IMG/VR virus record: IMGVR_UViG_3300045988_126112
Location: 179,965 to 243,964 of that record
Direction: 5' to 3' (one strand)
From: a virus
Length of the DNA stretch: 64,000 nucleotides
The notes under the pieces are model-generated. The model had not been told where the DNA came from, made no database searches, and saw nothing but the letters and a program-made list of their open reading frames with translations. Below are positions 37,390 through 43,899 of the stretch, piece after piece. A program made the translations under genes and the position numbers. Position 1 is the first letter of the stretch. Every line of letters begins with the position of its first letter.

Positions 37390-37426
37390 GAGGAGGTAGA
37401 GATTAATCTCTGCCTTCTTTATTTTT
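37390..37426 (+). terminator. intrinsic terminator
   Basis: AGGAGGTAGAGA ttaa TCTCTGCCTTCT (two G.U pairs), then TTATTTTTT. Confidence 0.75.
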
Positions 37427-37465
37427 TGTATGTTACTCTTAGTATTTGTAAAACTCAATTATTTT

Positions 37466-37486
37466 GATTATATATTATAAATATGA
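37466..37486 (+). promoter_or_regulatory. extended promoter-like box GATTATATATTATAAATATGA (leader copy 2)
   Basis: Identical 21-mer at 36820..36840. Confidence 0.5.
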
Positions 37487-37609
37487 CATAGATATGATAT
37501 ACAATAATTTTTAAAAAGGTAAATCATATCTTTATGATATGATGCTGATGTCTATGTTACTATGTAAGATTTCCCATCTTATATAGTCAGCAAGAAAGGG
37601 GAATATATT
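37487..37609 (+). promoter_or_regulatory. structured 5' leader, copy 2
   Basis: GATATGAT 37491..37498, ATCATATC 37523..37530, GATATGAT 37536..37543. Clamp 37544..37548 and 37587..37591. Hairpin 37560..37586 with loop TTCCC. SD GGGGAA 37598..37603. Confidence 0.55.
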
Positions 37610-37984
37610 ATGAGTACAACATTTAAAAGTAATGATAAAGTTATCGAAGCAGTTAAATCATTAGTTGCTAAATGCAACGCAACAGGAGATGTTTCAGTAT
37701 TACCAGAAAGATGTGACAGAGCCGACGAATTAATTGAATTAGTAAGACACGGTAATAATTTTGGGTATGACATAAGAAATTATGGATTCGAAGGAGTTGA
37801 CCTAGTACATGGAGATGGATATCTAACAGATATCATAATCCATGAAGAACTATTAGTATTAGATTACAAATTAATTAAACATCTTGAAAAGGAAATAAAT
37901 GACAGAATGGATATGCTATATAAAGTCAAAGAAGAACAAGAAGCTCAATATTGGGCTGATGTTGAAGCAGGACTTTATGATTAA
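37610..37984 (+). CDS. hypothetical acidic protein
   Basis: GGGGAA RBS. Preceded by leader copy 2. Confidence 0.6.
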   Translation: MSTTFKSNDKVIEAVKSLVAKCNATGDVSVLPERCDRADELIELVRHGNNFGYDIRNYGFEGVDLVHGDGYLTDIIIHEELLVLDYKLIKHLEKEINDRMDMLYKVKEEQEAQYWADVEAGLYD

Positions 37985-37989
37985 TAGAA

Positions 37990-38020
37990 AGGACGGAGTT
38001 TAATCTCCGTCTTTTTCTTT
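37990..38020 (+). terminator. intrinsic terminator
   Basis: AGGACGGAG tttaat CTCCGTCTT, then TTTCTTTT. Confidence 0.8.
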
Positions 38021-38055
38021 TGCAATAAAAAAATATTTTTTGGAGGTATTGTATT

Positions 38056-38466
38056 ATGATTAAAAATTTTGAAGAAGAATTATATAGAAAGGTCTTAGAA
38101 GTTAAAGACAACTTGTATTATCAAAAACCGCTTAATAATGATTTAATAACTAAAGTGGTTTTATCTGTATCTGGGGTGTACCATAAGAGAGATGGTGCTT
38201 CAGAAATTAAAGCAGTTCGATATAATTTAGATGACGATCTAGTTTTGTTTTCAGATGGATTAGAATATCCATTAAAAGACATTATAAATTTTAGAATAAC
38301 GCTACCAAAAACATGGTGGTGTATGAATATTTTGAAGATGATATATCATCTTCCAAATTCTAGTAAGATAAAGACTAAGTATAAAGATGATTTAAATGGA
38401 CCAGACAGTAGTCCTATGTGTAATTTAATCAGAGACTTAGTAGCTAGAAAAATTATACAATTTTAA
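38056..38466 (+). CDS. hypothetical protein (paralog of 36962..37384)
   Basis: Shared layout with 36962..37384: LIGRVILACS/LITKVVLSVS, DVVSYHDI/LEYPLKDI, LTLIYRLP/LKMIYHLP, and a C-terminal L..L...G.I. Confidence 0.6.
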   Translation: MIKNFEEELYRKVLEVKDNLYYQKPLNNDLITKVVLSVSGVYHKRDGASEIKAVRYNLDDDLVLFSDGLEYPLKDIINFRITLPKTWWCMNILKMIYHLPNSSKIKTKYKDDLNGPDSSPMCNLIRDLVARKIIQF

Positions 38467-38531
38467 AATAAATAAAGGCGAACCCACCACAATACTCGTC
38501 TAAATATAAGGGTGGGAAGAAAGGAGACATT

Positions 38532-38963
38532 ATGTCTAAATATGTAACTTTACATTCAACTATCACTTCTAGTTCTTTAGCTTTAGCAAAATCTGTAGCC
38601 CCTGCACCAGCAGTACCTGCACCAACAGTTTACAGTACGCCTTATACTTCTTTAAGCAAATCACCTCACATTAGCATACTTATACACACTCTCAAAAAAG
38701 GTGCTGCAGCATCTATGTTACCACATCTAGTTGGGCACGCTATAGTTCCTCGTGGCAGTTATACTGGCACATATATAGCTTCAACTGTGGTTCCAGCTGG
38801 TATGACTATCATAAGCACCACATCATCAGGTTATATAACTTATAGTTATTATGGTGCTTCAGGTGGTTACGGAACTCCAGTTAAAATCAGCGTCTGCACT
38901 TCATCAATGAAATTGACAAAATTAATTAAGATGCTGAAAAGCGGGAGTTATACAATGATGTAG
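38532..38963 (+). CDS. basic protein lacking D, E, N, Q, F and W, rich in S/T/Y/G/A/P (orphan)
   Basis: AAGGAGA RBS 6 nt upstream. 143 aa. Local GC is clearly above the flanks, but third codon positions stay mostly A/T, which supports translation. Confidence 0.5.
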   Translation: MSKYVTLHSTITSSSLALAKSVAPAPAVPAPTVYSTPYTSLSKSPHISILIHTLKKGAAASMLPHLVGHAIVPRGSYTGTYIASTVVPAGMTIISTTSSGYITYSYYGASGGYGTPVKISVCTSSMKLTKLIKMLKSGSYTMM

Positions 38964-38990
38964 GTTTCCTTCCTACTAAAAAAAGGAATT

Positions 38991-39031
38991 ATAAAGGAGG
39001 TGATATAATGAATAATACCAAACGGGGATGA
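38991..39031 (+). promoter_or_regulatory. strong SD plus 7-codon mini-ORF (MNNTKRG) ending inside a terminator stem
   Basis: AAAGGAGG at 38993..39000. ATG at 39008 and TGA at 39029..39031. Codons 5-7 cover the 5' arm of the terminator. Confidence 0.35.
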
Positions 39032-39060
39032 TTGAAAGATCGTTCCCGTTTTTATTTTTT
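39020..39060 (+). terminator. intrinsic terminator overlapped by a 7-codon mini-ORF
   Basis: AAACGGG (39020..39026) pairs with CCCGTTT (39045..39051), then TTATTTTTT. Confidence 0.65.
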
Positions 39061-39086
39061 GGTGATTTTTAATTATTTTTTTGACA

Positions 39087-39096
39087 ATATATTATA
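39087..39096 (+). promoter_or_regulatory. ATATATTATA promoter-like box
   Basis: Exact 10-mer 21 nt before the ATG of the DNA polymerase fragment, after terminator 39020..39060. Confidence 0.45.
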
Positions 39097-39117
39097 TAAA
39101 TGAAGGAGGTATAAAAT

Positions 39118-41220
39118 ATGATTAGAAAAGCTAATGAGCCAGAGCCACTTATAATTAATAAGTATAAGGAAGCTACAATTCCTTTACTTGAAAAATCATT
39201 TCCAAACCTTAATTGGATGGAATTAGAGGAAGGAGTAGATTATTCAGTAAAAAACAGATTAAAAGATTGGGATTGTGTTATAGACAATAACTATCTTATG
39301 CAACAAAAACAAATGACAGGGTTACAATTAACTGATTATATTATCAGTAGAGAACCAATTATAACAGCTTATGGAGTTATGTTTAAGAAACATGCTGAAG
39401 CAATAAATCCATTATCATTAATGATTTCAGGTTTCTTAGATGACAGGGTAAAAGAGAAAAAAGAAATGTTCAAATATCCAAAAGGTTCAGAGGATTTCGA
39501 GAAGCACAACTTAATGCAACAATTATATAAAATTGATGCTAATGGAACTTATGGAGCAATAGGACAGCATACGTGTATATTCTATAATTTATATATTTCA
39601 AGTACAGTAACTACTCAAGCCAGAAGCTTGATATCAGCTGCATCGTTACAATTTGAAATGTTCTTAAATAACAACTGTAAGTTTAATTCATTTAATGAAA
39701 TGGTGACATTTGTTGGAAATATAATGTCTGAAAAACCTAGAAGAAGATTTAAAGACTATAATATATTAGACGGAAATGTTACAAGAAAAGATTGTTTTAT
39801 TAAATTAGTAATGACTTGTGGATTTGATTATATTCCTACATATGAAGAAATGGATATACTTTGGAATATGTTAATGAATATGGATCAAGAAGATATTAAT
39901 AGAGTATATTATAAAAATAATCTTTATGAATTTATGGAAAATTCTTCAATGACAAAAGCAATAGTTACAATATTACAAGATTTAGAATTACCATTCTTAG
40001 ATCCAAATACACCACCAGATTGTATAAAACCACAATTAGAAGTATTGTGCGAATTACTAATGGAATATGTGTATTATGATCATCAAATAATAGATAGATT
40101 AGATAAATATAATCAAATGTATAGATCAGTATCAGTAATAACAGATACCGATTCATCTATTATATCTTTAGATGGATGGTATAATTATATACTTCAAAAA
40201 ATATGTGGAATAGATATGAAAATAAAACATCAAGAAGTAGATGCTATATCTTATTTAGATGTATTAGCTAATGATAAAGATACAGAAGAAATTCCATATG
40301 AAATAGTAGAAGAAGAAGAATATTCATTCTATGATGAAGATATGATTGAAACTAAAAGATGTATAGATACAAATAAAGTAATTCCTCAAGATGGATTAAG
40401 ATATTCTATAATAAATATTATGGCATATTGTTTAGATAAAGTAGCTAATGATTATATGGTAAGATATACTGAAAATTCTCATTCAGCTGCTCCAAATAGA
40501 AAATGTAAAATGATATTGAAAAATGAATTCTTATTTAGAAGAGTATTACTTACTTATAATAAAAAGAATTATGCATCTATACAAGAAATACAAGAAGGAA
40601 ATCAAATACCAGCAGAAGAAGCATTAGATGTAAAAGGACTTCCAATGAATAAATCTACATTAAATAAAGAAACTAGACGTAGATTAAAAGAAATATTATA
40701 TGAAGATATATTAAATACACCAGCTATAGATCAAATAAAAGTATTAAAATCTTTAGCTAAATTAGAAAAAGATATATATACTTCATTATCTTCAGGAAGT
40801 AAAGATTATTATATTCCTTCTAGAATAAAATCAATGTATTCATATAAAGATCCTGAAACAGTTCAAGGTATAAAAGCTGCAATGGCTTATAATGAACTTA
40901 AAGATAGTGATATGGAAGCATTAGATTTGACACAAATAAATTCTATAGATATAGTAAAAGTTTTAATAAATTCAAAGACAATAGAACCACTTAAAGAGAC
41001 TAATCCAGAATTATATGAAAAAATAAGTAATTTATTAAAATCATCAACTTTCAAAGGAGAAATAACTTCTTTAGCTATACCAATAAATGAAAAGACACCA
41101 GAATGGGTACTTGATTTTATAGATTTCAATACCATAGTTTCAAATAATATAGTATTCCCTATAGAATCATTAGGAATATATGAAGGAAAATGTAATTACA
41201 CTAATGTAATAAAATTATAA
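39118..41220 (+). CDS. family B DNA polymerase, C-terminal (fingers/palm/thumb) fragment
   Basis: Motif B LYKIDANGTYGAIG, motif C SVITDTDSSII, KKNYA (KKRY-like). No exonuclease motifs and no DxxSLYPS motif A in the 130 aa before motif B. Confidence 0.85.
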   Translation: MIRKANEPEPLIINKYKEATIPLLEKSFPNLNWMELEEGVDYSVKNRLKDWDCVIDNNYLMQQKQMTGLQLTDYIISREPIITAYGVMFKKHAEAINPLSLMISGFLDDRVKEKKEMFKYPKGSEDFEKHNLMQQLYKIDANGTYGAIGQHTCIFYNLYISSTVTTQARSLISAASLQFEMFLNNNCKFNSFNEMVTFVGNIMSEKPRRRFKDYNILDGNVTRKDCFIKLVMTCGFDYIPTYEEMDILWNMLMNMDQEDINRVYYKNNLYEFMENSSMTKAIVTILQDLELPFLDPNTPPDCIKPQLEVLCELLMEYVYYDHQIIDRLDKYNQMYRSVSVITDTDSSIISLDGWYNYILQKICGIDMKIKHQEVDAISYLDVLANDKDTEEIPYEIVEEEEYSFYDEDMIETKRCIDTNKVIPQDGLRYSIINIMAYCLDKVANDYMVRYTENSHSAAPNRKCKMILKNEFLFRRVLLTYNKKNYASIQEIQEGNQIPAEEALDVKGLPMNKSTLNKETRRRLKEILYEDILNTPAIDQIKVLKSLAKLEKDIYTSLSSGSKDYYIPSRIKSMYSYKDPETVQGIKAAMAYNELKDSDMEALDLTQINSIDIVKVLINSKTIEPLKETNPELYEKISNLLKSSTFKGEITSLAIPINEKTPEWVLDFIDFNTIVSNNIVFPIESLGIYEGKCNYTNVIKL

Positions 41221-41262
41221 AAAAATTCACCCATAGCTTTAAGCTATGGGTGTTTTATTTTT
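41221..41262. terminator. bidirectional terminator between convergent genes
   Basis: CACCCATAGC tttaa GCTATGGGTG, flanked by an A-run and a T-run. Confidence 0.85.
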
Positions 41263-42104
41263 TATATAGTTAATGCTTGGTTAGCATAAGTTATATTTAT
41301 AGTTGCTGCATATTGAGCAGATGTAGTTACAGTTACAGTATTTTCAGTTGAAGAATAATCTATAAATAATTTTTCTCCAGCTGCAGTTTTTGCAGTTACA
41401 TCTATTGCATTTTTACCTTTATTATGAGTTATTGTACAGCTATATAATCCGTCATCATCTAAAGCCCAATTAGTAGTAGCTACAGTAGTAATTAATGTAT
41501 CTACTTTAGAAGACCAGTTTTCTGCAGATATTAAATCCAATACAGCTTTATTTGCATGTGTATGTTTAGAATCTGATATACCACCACTTCCACCTAAAGC
41601 ATCATCTAATTCTGATCTAGTAACATATCCTTTATCATTGTTTAAAAGAGATATATTATTATTTTTATATATAATAGTACTAGGAACACCTTCTATAGCT
41701 CCCCATTTAACTGGTGCATCCCATTTAGTTATTTTAGCATCAGTTATTTTATTTAATGCTGCTAAATTAGTATGGTCATGTAATTCAGATTGTAATGCAT
41801 ATCCAGCATTATTTGTAAATGCTCCTAAGTCAGTAGGTTTATTTTTTAATTCATTATAATTACCTGAAGTTGCAACAGAATGTAATCCAGTTATCATTGA
41901 AGCTGGATGTGATTCAGGATGGACATAGTAGTTAGCATTAGCAGGTATACCAGCTAATTTAGTATGTTCAGCTGCGGACATTAAACCAGCAGCATCATCA
42001 GAAACTACTGTTTTTGGTGCTTTATTTTTTTCTAATCCATCTAATACTGTTTTTGTATTATCTGGTAGATTTTTTAATTTAAGTAAGACATCTCTTTGTT
42101 TCAT
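41262..42104 (-). CDS. tail fibre protein (KNLPDNTK anchor family)
   Basis: N-terminus MKQRDVLLKLKNLPDNTK. VATSGNYNELKNKP, HDH and HTH motifs. C-terminal knob module. Confidence 0.7.
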   Translation of the reverse strand: MKQRDVLLKLKNLPDNTKTVLDGLEKNKAPKTVVSDDAAGLMSAAEHTKLAGIPANANYYVHPESHPASMITGLHSVATSGNYNELKNKPTDLGAFTNNAGYALQSELHDHTNLAALNKITDAKITKWDAPVKWGAIEGVPSTIIYKNNNISLLNNDKGYVTRSELDDALGGSGGISDSKHTHANKAVLDLISAENWSSKVDTLITTVATTNWALDDDGLYSCTITHNKGKNAIDVTAKTAAGEKLFIDYSSTENTVTVTTSAQYAATINITYANQALTI

Positions 42105-42127
42105 TTATAATTCACTCCTTTATACTT

Positions 42128-42436
42128 TTAATATTTAATAATCAATTCACCAGCATATTTATCTATTGAATAAATGTATAACGAATTTTTATCCAAAACC
42201 TTATAAGATACAAATACATCTTCACCAGCTTCTGAATCGACTAATTTTAAATCAATTATATCTTCTTCAGCTAAATTTAGCTTATGAGATATGAAATAAT
42301 AATATAATCCATCTGTAGATGTAGCCCAAAAAGTTTTATCTATAGCTTCTTTATGAGTACTAATTGATGAGGATTTATTATTTATTTTTTCTACCAAAGA
42401 TTGGCTTAATTCATTTTCTGTAATTCTTCCCATCAT
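42128..42436 (-). CDS. small fibre-associated protein with knob module
   Basis: N-terminus GRITENELSQSLVEKI is shared with 42772..43164. C-terminal knob module. Confidence 0.55.
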   Translation of the reverse strand: MMGRITENELSQSLVEKINNKSSSISTHKEAIDKTFWATSTDGLYYYFISHKLNLAEEDIIDLKLVDSEAGEDVFVSYKVLDKNSLYIYSIDKYAGELIIKY

Positions 42437-42454
42437 ATCACCCCACTAATTAGA

Positions 42455-42757
42455 TTAACCTTGTGCATCTGAATTATCTGAAGTATTGAGTGATACATTT
42501 TGTACTGTTTGTTTAATTATTTGGTTAGTACCTACAGCTGTTAAACCACATAGTATACCTTGCATTACAGTACTAATATCAATTGTTTCTTTTGTAGCAT
42601 AACTCATTCCACAACATATTGCCACTCCAGATACTGATAATATTATAGGTATACACCAGTTAGGTATTTTTTTGTGTTTTTTGACACCAACACCTAAAGC
42701 ATATAGAAGAACTACTACGATATAGTAATCATTACTAATATACATAGATAGATCCAT
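42455..42757 (-). CDS. holin
   Basis: 100 aa. TM segments YYIVVVLLYALGVGV and WCIPIILSVSGVAICCGM, glycine-rich third helix GILCGLTAVGTNQIIKQ, polar tail. ATG at 42757 with GGAGG 10 nt upstream. Confidence 0.6.
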   Translation of the reverse strand: MDLSMYISNDYYIVVVLLYALGVGVKKHKKIPNWCIPIILSVSGVAICCGMSYATKETIDISTVMQGILCGLTAVGTNQIIKQTVQNVSLNTSDNSDAQG

Positions 42758-42771
42758 ATCTATCACACCTC

Positions 42772-43164
42772 CTATCCTTTAGCTACATTTTTAAATACAA
42801 TAAGGTTAAATAAACAGTCTGGTGCATCTTCAGATGCGAACCATTCATTACTAGACATCATATTTATTGTAGTACCTGAAGAATTTATAGTATAATCATA
42901 ATCTTCTTCTAAATAAGTACTATTTTTAAATACCATTAATAAATCTTTTGATGCATTAAAATTAAAACTAGTTGGTATTGTTATTGAACTAGTTCCGTAT
43001 TTTAATGATATTGAACTTTTTAGATATTTTACTGGGCTAGCAGTAACAGTACCACCACCTCCACCAGAGCCACCTCCACTAGATGCAACTTCTTCTTTGA
43101 TCAAATTTTTAAGATATTGTATTAATGAGGCACTTAATTCATTTATAGTAATTTTACCTGCCAT
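42772..43164 (-). CDS. small fibre-like protein
   Basis: MAGKITINELSASLIQYL. Gly linker SSGGGSGGGGGT. AAGGGGG RBS before the ATG at 43164. Confidence 0.55.
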   Translation of the reverse strand: MAGKITINELSASLIQYLKNLIKEEVASSGGGSGGGGGTVTASPVKYLKSSISLKYGTSSITIPTSFNFNASKDLLMVFKNSTYLEEDYDYTINSSGTTINMMSSNEWFASEDAPDCLFNLIVFKNVAKG

Positions 43165-43266
43165 TAAAAACACCCCCTTATATAGATATTAATATATTGT
43201 TTGATTAAAATATGGGCTAAATCATAACATATATATAAATTAATTTAAGAAAGGGGGTTAATTGTC

Positions 43267-43884
43267 TTGACTAGCAACTTACAGAAACTTACTAAATCTC
43301 TTCAAATTTATACTGATAATAAATCATTTAATAGTGTTATACTTTCAGTAAATACATATGAAGAATTGACAACAAATGAAACATTACAAGCTTATGTTTC
43401 TGAAGGTATTAAATGCTTTGTAAAATTTGAAAAATGCTATTATAAGTATACTAAAAATGGATGGGAAAAAGATAAACTATATGAATATTCAGATAATCCA
43501 CCAAATGATACTAATATGATATGGTATCCTAAACAACAATCTATAGTTACGACTCCAGAAGAAAAAGTAAATTTTGAAGTTTTATTACGAACAATAGAAA
43601 ATCTTGAAAGTAAAATAGATTTACTTGAAGCTAGAGTTAAATATTTAGAAGAACATGGATCTTCAGGAGGAGGAAGTAGTGGAGGAGATACTCCAAGTGA
43701 GGATATTATAAATACAGCTATAATGATAGATACAAACACTCCTTTATTAATAGATGAGAATACTATATTATTATTTAATAAAAGTAGCTCTTCTAAACCT
43801 GAAGAAAGTATTGAAAATGCTTTGATGATTGATAAAACAAATGCATTAAAAATTAATGACAATGAAATATTTTTAATTAAATAA
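43267..43884 (+). CDS. fibre-like protein
   Basis: TTG start with GGGGG RBS. N-terminus NLQKLTKSLQIYTDNK is shared with 14437. Coiled coil then the HGSSGGGSSGG linker. Confidence 0.55.
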   Translation: MTSNLQKLTKSLQIYTDNKSFNSVILSVNTYEELTTNETLQAYVSEGIKCFVKFEKCYYKYTKNGWEKDKLYEYSDNPPNDTNMIWYPKQQSIVTTPEEKVNFEVLLRTIENLESKIDLLEARVKYLEEHGSSGGGSSGGDTPSEDIINTAIMIDTNTPLLIDENTILLFNKSSSSKPEESIENALMIDKTNALKINDNEIFLIK

Positions 43885-43899
43885 GGAAGGTGAATAATA

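Noticed and set aside
38467-39060. The GC-richer island as a group I intron or other structured RNA interrupting the DNA polymerase gene
   Set aside because: No polymerase exon lies upstream. The island contains a 143-codon ORF with a good SD. Its excess GC sits in codon positions 1 and 2 while position 3 stays A/T-rich, which fits translation. An RNA role is not fully excluded.
39081-39110. TTGACA at 39081 as the -35 element of a host sigma-A promoter for the polymerase gene
   Set aside because: Seventeen nucleotides downstream lies the SD (AGGAGG) rather than a TATAAT-like hexamer. No properly spaced -10 element exists.
978-43862. Remaining short antisense ORFs in the track (978..1196, 3743..3961, 16958..17371, 21229..21501, 24483..24707, 24984..25374, 27410..27697, 31101..31343, 35855..36037, 37579..37773, 37926..38111, 39965..40156, 40887..41135, 41638..41859, 43440..43862 and similar)
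   Set aside because: Each lies entirely within a longer, RBS-preceded gene on the opposite strand or in another frame. None has its own RBS, and all have the hydrophobic, low-complexity composition expected of antisense AT-rich coding DNA.
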